Source of the DNA: the human T2T-CHM13v2.0 reference genome, Homo sapiens
Direction: 5' to 3' (one strand)
DNA length: 64,000 nt
Assembly (NCBI RefSeq): GCF_009914755.1
Contig: NC_060928.1
This document shows positions 30,241 through 50,258 of this stretch, in pieces (the first letter of the stretch is position 1; the number at the start of each line of letters is the position of its first letter). The notes beneath the pieces are model-generated. The model was not told the origin of the DNA. It saw nothing but the letters and a program-made list of their open reading frames with translations, and did not search any database. The position numbers and the translations under genes are program-made.

Positions 30241-30299
30241 CACATGTTATAAACCTGTTTTTACATAATTCTTAAAATGTAACATGATTTTTCTTTTAG

Positions 30300-30700
30300 G
30301 AAATATTGAAACTTCTTGGTGTCAGCACTGTTGTAGGTTCTCAGAATATAATGTGGAAAGTAAACAAGAATGTTGCTTTCAAGGAGCTTACATTTTAATA
30401 ATTAGCAAGAGAGGAAATATATACAAATCAACTAAGTAATTATTGATGGAAATCAGCGCTATGAAAACAAAAATCATGGCACTGGTACATAATTAACTTG
30501 GTGAGGACGTTCTACTTTATTAACATTGCCAAAAGAAGTGTCCTCAAAAAGCTGGCATTAGAACTAAGACCTGAATAATAGGAAGCAGTCACTTTATAGA
30601 GTTCTTGGGTAAAGTATTTTAGGCAGAAAAAAAAAAGAGCAAGTCTAAAGGGCTTGAGATGTGAATAAGCCAGGTATGTGCAAAAGAAGGAAAGGAAAAC
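30300..30700 (-). mobile_element. L2 fragment (continues at about 36244-36335 beyond the L1M)
   Basis: ttcaaggagcttacatttt...gaactaagacctgaa...aggcagaa...aaagggcttgag. Confidence 0.65.
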
Positions 30701-32097
30701 TTAATGAATATGTCTATACATGAAGAGAAATCAGTGCTCATGTGAAACTACCAAAACAAAAAAAAAAATAAGCAGGATATATGAAATAACTCTTTACAAG
30801 ACTTTATATACCAAGCGGAAAAGAAGAATGAATTTGAAAGACAGAAAATAATCATGAGAAGTCCTAAGAATGCCCCAGCTTAATGCCTTGAGAAAGTTTC
30901 CAGGACACATTGTAGGGAGTGGGAACTAAAATAGAGCTCAGTGAACTCCATGAGTTGAGGAGATGGAGCTGAAAGCCCAAGAAAACCAAACAATTAAGTT
31001 GACAAGACAGAAAAATGGAGATAAAAGGCATGCACAGAGAAATGATGTTTATTATCTTTAGAGATTTCCTCTCAAATATTCATCTAAGTACTGATTTGAA
31101 CATACAAGTGAAAAAACTGCTACAGGCCAAGTAAAGAATCACCTGGAAGAACTAGTACCCAGCACATACACAGCATGGTAATAGTCCTTGATTTTACCAG
31201 CTGCACTGGTACACCACAAAATCCACAGGGAATAGAATTGAATATTCAGAGGGAGGAATAACCGCCTTAGATTGACTACTGCTCTATTCCCCGATAACAC
31301 ATAATAAAAGGAAGACCTAAAAGAATTAAACTGTTAAGTAACTTAACTGTTTCCCCACAAAAGGCTCAAGTATCCTATAGCTATCAAAGTAAAAATAACC
31401 ATGTCTAGCATCCTAAAAAAATGAATCAAATATGTAAAGAAGCAGAAAAATATAGTTTATCATGTGGAGATAAGTCAATAGATAAAAATTGACCAAGAAT
31501 TAATACAGATGTTAGAATTAGCAAAAAAGAAGTTGGGAATCTTCGTTACAACTGTTTCTTACATGTTTAAAAAGTAAAATGAGAAATGGGAGGAATATAA
31601 AAGACTCAACTAAATTCTTAGATTTGAAAATAATTTCTGAGATTAATATACAATGAACAGGAAAAAAAGTAAATTACATATTACATTTAAAAAGGAGTAC
31701 GGCAATAAAATACTATCAAATAATGCATAGGAAGAAAAACAGAATTATAAAAAAGTGAACAGAGTGTCACTAGCCGTGGGAAAACTTAACAACCAAAAGT
31801 ATGTGACATTGGATTCTTCAAAGGGGAGGTTGTGTGTATAATGGGGGGGGGGGCATTGAAAAAAATAATAGCTAATATTTTTTTTCCAATTTTGAGGAAC
31901 ACAATAGACCTATAGTTTCAAGAAACTCAATGAGCCTTAAAGACAGGAAGAATAAAGCAAACTATGCCAAGACGCATAATAATGCAATTTCTTAAAACTA
32001 ATGATAAAGCAAAATATCTGAAAAGCAGAGAAAAAAATATTATAGAGAAACAAAGCTAAGGGTAACAACAGTTTTCTCATTGAAAATAATGCATCTA

Positions 32098-32413
<316 letters not shown>

Positions 32414-32971
32414 GAAAATAAAGCATGTAAGAAGGCAATTGGGTAGTGTCTTTAAAGTACTAAAAAAGAGCAAAGAAACAAAAACCTCTCAACCCATAAT
32501 TAAATATTTAGGATGCCACTGAAGCAGAATTTAAGGGTAACTTATGGAATGACATGTATGTATCTAATTTGAAGAATGGTCTCAAATCAAAGACCTCAGC
32601 TTCTACTTTAAGGGAAAGGAAACCAACTTAAACCCAAAAGAAACAGAAAAGATAATAATTATTAATAAAGATTAAAAGATAAAGTATTAGAAAATTATTA
32701 GAATGAAAATAAATACAATAGAAAACAGAAAAAAATTAAAAAATTACTATAAGAATGAGTGTGGTGACATTAGTATAGATATGACAGATTTTAAATATTA
32801 TTATTAAATAATAATTAAAGATGGATAATTATTATTTGTCAGTTAAGATAAAACTTTTTTAAAAGCATAAGGAAATATTTCAGATAAGTTTATATCTATA
32901 AATATGATAGCCTTGATGAAATGGATATATTCCTTGAAAGACACAAATTGAAGCATACTCAAAAATAGGTG

Positions 32972-33330
32972 GCACAATGAATGGAATGTTTATGTCTTCT
33001 GAAAATTCATATGTTAAAATTCTGACCTCTAAGGTGATGTATCAGGGGATGGGGACTTGGAGAGTGATTATATCATGAGAGGAGAGCACTCATGATTGGC
33101 ATTAGTGTCCTTATAAAAGAGACCTTGGAGAGTTAAGTCTGCCCTTCCACCGTGTGAAAACACAGCAAGAAGGTGTCATCTGTGAGGAAGGAGGCCCTAA
33201 CCAGACACTGAGTCTGTGGCACCTTGATCTTAGGCTTCCCAGCCCCTAGCCCTGTAAAAATAAATTTATGTTCCTCATAAGCTACCGTGTTTAATGGTAT
33301 TTTGTTATAGCAGCTTGAACAAACAAAGAC
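32972..33330 (+). mobile_element. MLT1A-like solo LTR nested in the L1M
   Basis: gaatgtttatgtc...aaattcatatgttaaaattct...ttagtgtccttataaaagagac...ggtattttgttatagcagc. Confidence 0.8.
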
Positions 33331-34522
33331 TGCATAAATATTCTTCTATCTATTAGGCACTTAATTTTAGTGAAAACATTTCCACAAAAAATATCCAGGT
33401 CCAGATAATTTTATTAGTGAAATTCACAAATTACTTAATGAAGAAGTAAAAATAATCTGACACAAACTCTTCTAGAAAATGAAAAAAAAAAATACTTTCC
33501 AATTCATTCTTTGAAGCCACGTTATACAGATAACAAATCCAAATAAGCATTTCATAAGAAAATGAAACTACAGAACAATCTTTTTTAAAACGTAGACAAA
33601 AATTCTAAACCGCTTTTAGGAAATCAAAACTCTCAATATGAAGAAGGATAGTATATTATTAGTAAAGGAGGTTTATCCCAGGAAGGCAAATATAGTTTAA
33701 CATTTTAAAATTAGTGAATATAATTAACCATATTAACAAATCACAAAAAAAGAAAGTCTATATTACCATATATGTGCAAAAAAAAGACAAAATTCAATAC
33801 CTATTTTTAAAACTCTCAGAAAAGTAAGGATAGAAGAGAATGGCCTTAACCTAATTTTAAAAAATCTACAAAATACCTATAGCTAACATCATACTTAATG
33901 GTGAAAGACTGAATGCTTCCCCCATGCCGTCAGGAGAGTCTCACCGTCTCACTCAATGTTACTATTTTTATTCAAAATTGTACTAAAAGTTTGAGCCCTT
34001 GCTACTGAAGATAAAAAGAAATAAATCATTTACATGGGAAAGAGAGAAGTAATTTTTTTAAAAAATTGCACATGATATGATCATTTATGTAGAAAAATCC
34101 AATGTATCTTTTATACTTTTTAAAAAAATGATAACGACTAAAAGTAATAAGTAAGTTTAGAAAGCATTTAGGATATGATATTAAGCTACAAAAATCAGTT
34201 GTATTTTTTGTCCTAGCAAAGAACAATAGAAATTAAAATGTAAACAAAGTACCATTAATAATGGCATGAAAATATAAAATATTTAGATATAAATCTGACA
34301 AAAAGATATAAAAGACATCTACACTGAAAACTACACAATATTGCTGAAATAAATTAAAGATCTAAATAAATGTGGAGATACACCATGTTTATATGTAAGG
34401 AGATTTTATGTATTTAAAAAGTTGATGCTTCACAAATTGTTCTATGGACTAAATGCAAACCAACAAGATCCCAACAGTCTTTACTATTTTCTAGGAATTG
34501 AAAAGCTTATTTAAAAATTTAT

Positions 34523-34733
34523 GTGAAACCCCATCTCTACTAAAAAAATACAAAAAAATTAGCTGGGCATAGTGGCGGACGCCTGTAGTCCCAGCTACTC
34601 AGGAGACTGAGGCAGGAGAATGGCGTGAACCAGGGCAGCGGAGCTTGCAGTGAGCCAAGATCGCACCACTGCACCCCGGCTTGGGCAACAGTGCGAGACT
34701 CTGTCTCAAAAACAAACAAATAAACAAACAAAC
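34523..34733 (+). mobile_element. 5'-truncated AluY
   Basis: Starts gtgaaacccc; ggcgtgaacc and gcggagcttgcag diagnostics; (AAAC)n tail; TSD aaattta(t/c)gt. Confidence 0.92.
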
Positions 34734-37163
34734 AAATTTACGTAAAAAAGCAAACAATCTAAAACAGCAAAGCAGTTTTGAAAAGAAAGAAGACAAATAA
34801 TACTTTATTTTGGGACCTCAGTTCTGATTACAAACCTAGAGGGATAAATTTAGTGTAGAATTAATATAAAGATTGACAAAAAATCAATAGAACAGAATAA
34901 AGAGCCCAGAAATATATCTGTACATATATGTTTGACAAGGATGCAAAAGCAATTCAATGGAGAAATAAAAGTCTTCAACAAACAGTACTGAAAAATAAAA
35001 TACACATATGCAAAAATTATTGTTCAATTTATAGCTTGTACCATATAAAAATTAAATCAACATGGATCATGCATCTAAATGCAATGAATAATTATAAAAT
35101 CTCTAAAAGTAAAGGTAGTATAATTCTTTGTAACCTTAGGCTATGCAAAAACTTCTTTGTAGATACACTGCCAATAATACAATTCATAAAAATAATAATT
35201 TAATAAATAAGACTTCATCAGAAGTAAAATCTTCTACCCTTCAAAAGACATTGTGTAGGGAATAAGACAAGCCACAGACTGGAAAAATATTTGCAAAGCA
35301 TATATCTAATAAATAACTTGTGTCTTAAATATATAAAGGACTCATGATACTCAATGATATGAAAACAAACCAATTAAAAAAATAGAAAAATGATTGAACA
35401 GAATCATTACTAAAGAAGACATTTGAATAGCAGATGAGCATATGGAAAAACGTACAACATCATTTACCCCCATGGAATTGCAAATAAACCATTATGACTT
35501 ACCATTATACACCTATCAAAGTTTCTAAAATTAAAAAGTTTGATGATCAAAAGTGTTGACCAGGATATGGAGCAAATAGAACTTGCATACACTACTGGAG
35601 GGAATGTAAAGTGCGCAGACTCGTTGGAAATTGTTTGGCAATTTCTTAAAAACTTAAACTTATACTATCATGTGACCGAGCCATACCACTATTAGGTGTT
35701 TTTAAAAAATGAATATATATGTCTACATAGACACTTGCATATAAGTGTGCCTAGCAGCTTTATTTGCAATAGTTAAAATCTGGAATTAGCTCAAAGGTTC
35801 ATCAACAAACTGTGGCATATCCATGGAATAGTATAATACTCAACAATAAAACAGTGATGAACAATTGATACACTCTATAGTAGGGATAAATTCAAAATAA
35901 ATACTCTGAGTGAAAGAAGCCAGATAATAATGAGCACACAGTGTATGATTTTATTATAGAAAATCTTAGAAAATGCAAACTAATGTACCACGACAAAAAA
36001 CAGATTAGTGGCAGCCTGAAGATAGAAAAAGGGGATGTCAGGGAAGGTATTGAAAGAAAACATTGCAAAGGAGCACAAGGGAACATTGTAGGGTACGAAT
36101 TCTTAATTATTATGATAGTGGTGATTGTTTCACAAGTGTATATATATGCTGAAATTTAACAAAATTTACACTTAAATATGTGCAGTTTATTGTATGTCAA
36201 ATATAGACAAATAAAGGTATTAAAAACAAACCAAAAAAAAAAAGTGAGGTCAAAGAGAAGTAGGAGTCAGATTATGTCTAGCCTTGTCAGCCCTAATGAG
36301 AAATTTGCATGTTATTCAAAGTGCAATAAAGAGGAAAGTCGTCAACAGATCTTATGGGTATTCACTAAAAGTAAGTCTAATAAAACAAAAGTGCTCCATG
36401 TTCAGAGCAGAGTGCTAAGCGCTTTCACTTAGATGATCGCATTTTGCCTTTCCCATATTCCAGTGGTTATTAGTTTTACTGATAAGGAATATGATGATCA
36501 TGGAGATTAAGTGATTCCCCCAAGGATGCAGCAGCATGGCTGGAATTGGATCATGACTTGGCTTCCTGAAAAACCCATCTGTGCTCAACTACACAGAACA
36601 TCCTATCCTAAGGGAAAGGTGCTTGCATTCCAGAGGGGCAGAGGAGATAAATTGCTAAATAACTATAACACAAGGTAGAAAGCGTTCGCTGTTATTCCAA
36701 AGTACAAGCAAAGAGTTTTAAGAGCTCATTGGGAAAGGGAGAGAAGCATCCAGATGAGAGAAGGCAAGTTGGAAAATAGGAACACTTTGCAGAGCTGATT
36801 GTCTTTTCCTAGACCTTCAGGGATAGATAGGATATGAACAGGTACATGTGGAGGAGAGAAACTTTCTTGGTGTAGGAAACTGCATAAGCGAAGCTACAGA
36901 AGTCAAAAAGCAAATAGAGTTCTTAGAGAATAGTACATCAACTCTTTTGGGAGTGGCATAAAAGAGTTGACAAAAAACAGAGTAAAAGGAACAGTTTGAA
37001 ATTTAGGTGGAGTCATATAATTTGGTCTAACCCAAAGCACCAAGCTAAATTGTGTGTTTGCTGGCTAGATAACCAGGTTAGTCTTGAGGACTAATAAAGA
37101 CGCCTTATTTTGGGTTCTGCTGGTTTAGCGAAAACTATGGTTTCCCAAATCGTGTACTTGTCA

Positions 37164-37523
<360 letters not shown>

Positions 37524-38299
37524 TCATCTAATGAAGTTGTTACTTTATTGATAAAATAGTGGCTGATAGAGGTAACATGTCCAAGGTGAGTTAGACTTAA
37601 AGATACACCTAACACTATTTCTCAATTTCTTAAACAATTTTCCTTTCTACTGTATGATATTGTCAGATACTCTCAGCCCATGGTTTTATTTTCCCTGAGC
37701 TTTCTGTACACAATTTTAATAACAAGGAGTTAAAGATAGGAACATTTGCTGGAGGTGAGATTATCACAGCAAACAACACTTTGTAGGAAACAGATTGATG
37801 CCTGTGCTTGTGGGCAGAAGTCTAAAAGTAGTCCAGCTGGATTGCTGAATTGAGAATCTTTTAATATATTTAAAAGAAAATTTTCTGTTGGAAGCTGAAT
37901 ACTGTATATTGTGAGCTTGAAGAGAGTCTGGGTCTTGAACAAAGGAGTGAACTTACAATCACAAAACACATGGGCCTGAGCTGTTTCTATGTATATGTAC
38001 ATCATTGACGGGATGAAAGAAAGAAATTCCAATCCATGCATGAGCAAATTCATTCCGTAAGTGAACATCTACTAAGCACTCCCTATATGTCACACACAAT
38101 GCTAAAGTAATTAGAGTAACAAACAACTCTTGTTTTTTTTCTATTGAAGGTCCCTTTTCTGCTTCTTTTGGTCCCACTCAATACCTTTCTTTGGCCCCCT
38201 GCCCCACTCTGTGTGGTTTGTTTGTGGCTGATAATCAGAGTACTCTATAGCTGTTGGGGTGGGCAGATCTCTCTCCCAGAACTGCCCCCAACAATCTTA

Positions 38300-38712
38300 G
38301 CTTATCCATGTAACTAGCGAGTGCCCTCAGGGGTCAGCATTGAGACCCAGTCCTGACCAATCAGAATCTCCCCTGGGAATTTATATATGATCACTGAGAA
38401 TTTATATATGATCACATGTTCTTTCTTTTCTTTTATGTCATAAAATACAAGAATGTAATCCCAGAACATCATGCCACCACTACTTAGCAAAAGCCCATTT
38501 AAACTGTATGTGAATAAGGCCAGTCCTCAGAGAAGAGTGGTGCCAGAGTCAAATGATGTCAAGTCCTAGAAATTGGAGTCACTGGATGGAGTTACACCTG
38601 AGATCAGCACAACCCAGTGCTTCCCACTCGAGTGAATCAAAACTCTCTTTTCAGTGCTTCAGTGATTCTGAAAGCTGTTATTCCCATGAGAAAGTGTTCT
38701 GACTAAAGCAGA
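38300..38712 (+). mobile_element. Old ERVL LTR (LTR16-like)
   Basis: gacccagtcctgaccaatcagaatctcccctgggaattt...cacctgagatcagc...gttctgactaaagca. Confidence 0.5.
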
Positions 38713-38714
38713 AA

Positions 38715-39200
38715 TACAACAGATTTGTAGTGAGCCCCCACTCTGTGCCAGGTGTATACTGAGGGAGGAGCTATAGAGATGAGTACGGTGCATGCTCCCA
38801 TCTTTGACGATGTCAAATCTGTTTGGGGGGATGTGCATGCAAATTATACTGTGAATGCTGTAGGGTAATAACAAGAATAGAAGTTAAGTGCCTGGCACAC
38901 TGAAAAGACAAAGAATGGGTCAGGAAAATCTTCAAGATCTGGAGACACCAGTGCATGTTCTCCAACAATGAATAGTTTATTGCTCTGAAGCAAAAGTTGG
39001 GAGCAAATGGTTTCCATACAGAAGATGAGTATCTGCAAAATATGGGGTTTTAAAGTAGCTTGGCAGATCTGGGGACCCCTTAGAGGGTTGGTATTGTTGT
39101 GTGGGTTGGGGTTGTCACTGGAAATGAAATGAAAGATGCAGAGAGATGCCAAATGGTGGAGTGCCTTGATGGACACTAGCCTTCCACATTGAGGACACAT
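38715..39200 (-). mobile_element. L2 fragment
   Basis: caacagatttgtagtgagcccccactctgtgccagg... Confidence 0.55.
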
Positions 39201-40440
39201 GGATGTATTGCTTGTTGGAAAATTATGAGCAGACTCAGATAAATGATACAAGTGCGGTAAAGAATGTCAGATGTAAATCTGTACAGACCATGATCAAAGC
39301 AGACATCTCTGCTATGTTTGCCAACTAAAGGGAAAACTCTCCTGTCCATGAATCAAGTCTCCAAAAAAGGCACCTCATTTCCCACGATACTTACTGATCT
39401 TGGAGATCACATCAGAAAATTTTTATCAACCTGCCATTACCATTCAAAGGAAAATTTCCCGGTTACACTTTCATCCTGTAGGTCTAGGCAGGCCTTGAGC
39501 TTGTCAAAAGTTTATTCCTACAACTACTCCTCATTCAGGAGGAAATGTTTATGTGAGGTCTATGGAATCTATCAGCTTTGTTATTTGATATTTAGGAGAC
39601 TTAAGTTGCTGAAGAGGTGGAGCTGTTTCCTGCTTATCTCGGAATCTCAATACTTTAGTAGATACACAGTGAATGTTTGCTGAATGGAATTGTTGGGTAT
39701 CTACCTTCCCCACCATGAGAATACCTAGAGTGGAAAATGTATACCTTCAATTTCTTGAAAGTCTTGATGTGTTATTTTGCTATTAATTATCCAGCAATCA
39801 GAGGTCTGGGTTTAATATTTTAAGAAGGAGAATTTTAATGAGAAATGAAGTGTAAATATTTATGTCCAAAAATAACATAGCAGCAATTAATAGGATCTCC
39901 AGCCTCTGAGTGTCAGAGTTTCTAGGCATTATTTTCTCTAATTATATTCTCTAGCTGGCATCCGTAGGCACAATCTATTTCTACCTCTCCTTTTGCATGG
40001 CCTCATTTTTATAAGTATAAAAGTTCAAGAATAAATATAGGGTCCAAATCAGACTGCAAGAATTAATCTAGCATAAACATGCTGAATCTGTATGAGAAAG
40101 TCTATTATATTATCCATTTTTAAAGACTGGCTCTTTGTGCAAACCTGCTATCACTTTCTATGTATAATTGCCTAAGCAGGTATTCATCTTCTCAAACATC
40201 TGCTAACACTGGCAGGCCCCAAAATAAACTTCCACATTAGCAAGTTGCACTTGAAAAAAAAATGTATCCGGAAACATCTGCTGAGCTATTTTCTGTTTTC
40301 TTCCTCCCTCCCTCCCAGGTTTATTGAAGTGGAGTGAGGTGTAAGTTGCAGCTTGAGATTTCAATCTCAAGAAGGGGAAGCTCTGAAGGGAAACAGCTAC
40401 TTGGCAGAGATAAAATAAGGGTTAGAAAAATCTCAAGAGA

Positions 40441-40825
<385 letters not shown>

Positions 40826-41144
40826 TCAAATCCCTCCTCTGTCTCTCTTTACTTGGATAGTTTTGGGCAAACAGGTTCACTGTGAACCATACATTGCCTT
40901 TTTAAATGACTGTAGTAATGCCAGTCTCAGAAACATATTGTGCCATACACAGAATGATATATGTAAACCTATTCAGTACATAGTAACATTCAATATAAAT
41001 GAATCAAATCCACTTTTGACAGACAAATTACTAGGACAGGAGAAATAATCTGTGAATGGAGATTCTCCTTCTGAAATCTCAGTGATGTCTGGTTTATAGT
41101 CACTCGAAATGTCCTCTGGCTGTTGTTACTTACATTCCAACTCA

Positions 41145-41691
<547 letters not shown>

Positions 41692-41961
41692 CTATCAGTG
41701 CATGTCTTCTGGACAGCTTGGGAAATTCTAGCAATTTTGAGTCCTTGCCTACTCACAAAGCCCTTTATCTTCCAACCCAGATTCTTTCTAAAATGCAGTT
41801 CACTTTGGGAGAAATTTTCAGGACCTTTTTTGTTGTTTCCTTTTTAAATTTCAGATATTACCTCTTCCGGGGAGATTCCCTCAGACATCCAGTCTCACTT
41901 CTGTACTTTTCTACTACATTTTTCATCTCTGGATATATTAGTTAAGATGGCACTAGTTGTT

Positions 41962-45711
<3,750 letters not shown>

Positions 45712-46999
45712 AAGATGATGCTAGTTGTTATGGTAGATGAATGTTTAAATCTCAGTGCTTTGTCATGGGAGAAATGTACTTCTTCTGTAAGCAGATATGA
45801 CATTGACGGGTGAGGGGTTGTGTTCCACACAGTCATCCAGGGACCCAGGCTGTTGGAGATCCTAGTGTCATCAACATGTGACTTCCAAGTTCACCCAGGG
45901 CATTGATGTCCTGTATGCAGGTGGTGAAAGAGGATGCATGAATAATCATGCAGGTTTTGAAGGTTGAACTCAGGAGGTGTATGCATCCTTTACCCAGTTC
46001 ACTGGGCAGAGGACGCAAGAGTGGCTGGGCTATGTAGTAGCTGACTGAGCTGCCATTTCCTCAGTGACAATTTTACACAGGGTTTTCTGATTGCATAATA
46101 CAGGCACAATTTCATGGTAATTAACAGAGTGGCCTCTGGAATCTGACGGCTTGGCTTGACTCCCAATTATATATCTTATTCATTGATGGTTTATGTATAA
46201 AATTAACAAACTGTTTATTTTATAGATAACAGTTTCTTTCTGTTGAAAGAAAACAAAGGATTTATTATGCTTAAAGGGAGTATTGGGAATATTGCAAGAA
46301 CTCAATGAATGCATCCTATTTTTATAGGCTCTTAGAATAAAGTTAGCATCTAATAAGTGATATTCAGTTTTATAGCATAGTTACCTGGATTCCTACCAAA
46401 GTCCTGTTTCTGAGGTTGGTTTCTCAGCTATTCTTACTCATCTGTGAGTCATGTATATCTATCCAGTTCATTCTTCTTTTGCTACTCTTAACCACAGTCA
46501 CTTACTGTTGCCTGCAACCAAAAGTTTCTTACCTTGCACTCTGGAGTGCTATTTATTCATCTATACTTTGTCAATATGAACTAGGTAAATTCAAGTCTAA
46601 GCACTGAGCTTCCTGCATCTCAGTTCTGCTACTTATTTATTTTAAGCAACTGATATTTTGGATATATAGATAAAGAGACTCTCTACTTATTACATCTAAT
46701 TTACACATGCAGCTTAATCTAAGCTATTGCAGCTTAGATTAGCCAGATGGCTGCTTTTTTTTTTTCTTTTTAAAATTTTCTGGAAAATGTTGCTTCATAC
46801 TCTATGGTTATAATCACAGGTTATAAGAAAATGCTGTGTTTGATTCTTCTGTTGTCCTTTTTCACTTCTCTTCATAATCACATTTCCCTAGATGAATGCT
46901 TTAAAAAGTAAATCAATTTAATGCTAATACAAGTAACTGTTAGAAGTTTCACGTGATGCTCCTAAGAACTGGGAAAAGAAATGTATACTCTTGTCACTC

Positions 47000-47890
47000 C
47001 AGCACGTTCATTCACTTCTTTTTTTTCTCTAAATTATGCAACTTTCCAGTCTGTTGCAACATGTTCAGTCAGTCTGAATTTCATTTAAACACTGCACACC
47101 AAATGAGATTCTCTTTAACTCCTGGCCTCAGGCCCCTCCACTCTCCAGAGGCAATTTACAGTGACCTGCTAGGTGTAGGGCCTCTTATCTTTCCAGCCTG
47201 ATATTAAAAGCCTTTATGGACATAGTGTTGTTTGCCCATAGGGTTTTTTTTTAACTGTGATTTTTGACTATAAACATTTACAATTGGAACCATACTGCTT
47301 TGTTCAATTAGCAATATGTCTCAGAGAATTATACGTAATAATATAGATGTATCTCATTATTTTGGGGGCCACTTAGTGTTCTATCCAATGTCCAGGATGA
47401 CTAGGCGTTTTCTTATTAAAAGACATTAGTTTTCTGATTTTTGCTTCTTAGCAATGTCACAGTGAGCATCTGTATGCATGTTTCTCTAGGTCCTAATGAA
47501 AATGTTTCTTCAGGATAGATACCTAGAATCATAAATAATGCCAATTTGCCCTCCCGATGGATTCTGCAAATGTACATTCCTGCCAGAATGTGAAAGAATC
47601 TTTGTTTCCCAGCCCCCTTCCGAAAATGGCTATTATAAATTTTTCCATTTTTGCCAAATCGGTGGGTGAGAAGTAGTGTTTTATCATTGTTTTAATTTGC
47701 ATTTTACTGGGCTTGAACAACTTTTCATACATCTATTGATCTTTTCTATTCCTTCTTCTTTGGACATCATGTTTAATTTTCTATTGGGCTAGCTACTTAT
47801 CTTTACCTTGTTGATTCAGGAGAGTTATTTATGTATCCCTGATATAGCCACTTGCTTGCTACATACACTGAAAATTTTTTTTTCTTCTGC
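47000..47890 (-). mobile_element. Ancient L1ME-like fragment
   Basis: caggatagatacctagaa...ttttgccaaatcggtgggtgagaagtagtgttttatcattgttttaatttgcattt. Confidence 0.6.
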
Positions 47891-47959
47891 AGCTTTCCGC
47901 TCACCCTTGGTTCCTTTGACCTCTTCCTTTGAATCCCGTGCTTGTCGTTAGGCTCTAAG

Positions 47960-48716
47960 TGAAATGGGAGAGTTCCCTGAACTCGTTCACAGGATGTGAG
48001 ACAGAGGTGTGGCTCGTCTCTTTGGCTGCCCACACAAAAACTCCTTTTGTAGGGGAGAGCATGCAGATGTGCAGGAGCCAGGGCGAGTGCTTTTGGGCTC
48101 TGGCCTCATGGCAGCATCTAGGTGTGGGTGCCTACCATTCCTGAAGTCCCAATGTGTGTGCTACATAGATCTTTTAGCTCTGCTGCCCACAAACAGCTTA
48201 AGTGTTAACCAGCTCAGTGTCCTCTTGGTACCCAGGTTCCTGGCTGGCATCCAGGGACAATCAGGTCATACATGGACTTGAAGGATGATGAATGTGGGGT
48301 TTTATTGGGTGATGGAGGTGGCTCTCAGTGGATGGACAGGGAGCTGGAAAGAGAATGGAGTGGGAAGATGATCTTCCCCTGGACTTCTGCTGTCCTGCAG
48401 CCCATCTCCTCTCTAACCAACTGCAGCCAAACTCCTATCGATGTTCAGACAATCCTTCTCGTCTCTTTTTCTCTGTGGCACCGCCCTTCTGTTCCTCTGC
48501 TCCTCTGTTTGTCTGCTCATCTGCCCATGGAGCCGGAGTTTGGGGTTTTATGGGTACCAGATAATGGAGCATGGAGGTCCAAAAGGCAACATTTGGGTTT
48601 GAAAACAGAAATGCTTGTTCTCATTTAGGGCTGTGGGTTTCCAGGCTTGGGGGTGGGGCCTTTGCTGGGGAACTGCCCTTTTCTACCCAGTATTTCCCGG
48701 TCTTTTGTGCATATCA
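47960..48716 (-). mobile_element. ERV1 LTR (LTR1/LTR27/LTR28/MER52 group)
   Basis: Minus strand starts TGATATGCAC...GGGAAATACTGGGTAGAAAAGGGCAGTTCCCCAGCAAAGGCCCCACCC and ends ...CCCATTTCA; AATAAA near 48306. Confidence 0.75.
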
Positions 48717-49289
48717 TTTGGCTCTTTATTCCTTCTGTCAAAATCTGTGCTCAGCTCTATTTACCTCACATGACTATAAACATTTACGATTGCCTAGCTT
48801 TTGGTCTTGGAAGTGCCCTTTTGTTTTCTAATAGTCATACATTTGCCACTGGCCTTATATCCAGTTGAGTATTTTTGGTTGACTGATCAACATCCTAAAT
48901 TAAAGACTCCATTTATCCCAGGGCTCTGCTATCCATTCTGGAAAACTACAGGATGGATCACATGGCCTGTGCCCCACTATTTCCTTAGCCAGCTTCTCGC
49001 TTTCTACTTCAATCTGTGAGAGAAGAAGCTGATATCACAATTTAAATACACTCAGTCATTACTAAGGCATAATTACTATTGCTCCCTAAACAATCATATT
49101 TTTTCACCATTGCTTCCAGTTTACCAGAATAATGTTAGTTTATTAACATGTTCAAGTAAAGAAAGACAAACTAAAAACATAGTGTTACAGTCGTTGTCAC
49201 TCCTTTTCCTTCTCACTTCCAAGTTTGTAGAAAGTTCTATTTATTCCAGCTATTAAAAGTGTGGAACTTTAGGTGTACATAGTACAAAG

Positions 49290-49620
49290 CCTAGAAAGAA
49301 TATTGAGTGTTTAGGAAGGAATCTGGAATAGAATGGCAGAGGTGAGGCACAGAAGAAGATAAAAGTCTAGAGACTGGAGAAGTTTCAAAAGTAGGCAGAG
49401 AACATAATGTGAGCTTTGTGGGACAGAACAAAACCTTTGAATTCAATTCCAGATGAAATGGGGGCCATTGGAGGGCATTAATCAGGAGAGAAGTACACTC
49501 TAACATTCTTTTCAAAATATCCTTTCAGCTGCTGAATGAGAAAGATAATAATGGGGCAAGAGTTTTGGAAGAATAAATGGGTGAAGTTTGAAGTTGTGTT
49601 TAGTGGACAAAGATAGGATG
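49290..49620 (-). mobile_element. L2 fragment
   Basis: gccattggagggcattaatcaggagag...ttttcaaaatatcctttcagctgctg. Confidence 0.6.
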
Positions 49621-50220
49621 CAAGGGATATGTTTTCATTTGCAAATTTGTCCACTGGTATATAAATCAGAGAAAAATCAATTAAGTCCTTGAGCCATTTT
49701 ATCCTCAGTATTCCCTTCTTGTGCTCTGCTTTTTAACCATCTGCTAGAACCTAAAATTTTGCTTTTGAAGGCATGGCCAACAGGAATGATATTTTCAAGA
49801 ATAAGAAATGATAGTCATTTTTTTAATTTTTCCCAACTTCTTTGCGTTATGTTAAAGCTATACTATTTACACTCACTACTATTATTCTAAAATAATAACT
49901 AATCATGTCAACCCAATAAAAGTAAATTCATGAGCAGAGGGAATTCTGGTTAATTCAATCTAGGTCAAAGAATGATAACTTCCCCTTTGCCTTACATCAT
50001 GCTTTGCAATTAAAAAAATAAATTTCTTTCAGATAAAATTGATTGAAGCAAAAATTATTATTTATGTGAATTTTCTATAACATTCTTTCAACTCTTCATG
50101 GTGCTATTAGAGGTCTAATCATGATCAGATTAAGTTATAATTATGTCATAGGCACAAGCTTAAACTTTTTTTTTTACATGGTGGAAAAACCTAAGACTTA
50201 AAGTTTAAAAAACCTGCATA

Positions 50221-50258
50221 TGCGCACGTGCACACACACACACATACACACACACACA
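50221..50258. repeat. (CA)n microsatellite
   Basis: cacacacacacacatacacacacacaca. Confidence 0.9.

Noticed and set aside
38377-38415. gaatttatatatgatcac duplicated with a 21-bp period
   Set aside because: Ordinary small tandem duplication in an old LTR; similar trivial ones occur at about 55695-55719 and 59938-59972.
47959-48868. Cluster of overlapping plus-strand ORFs
   Set aside because: GC-richer LTR sequence has fewer stop codons; no protein motifs.
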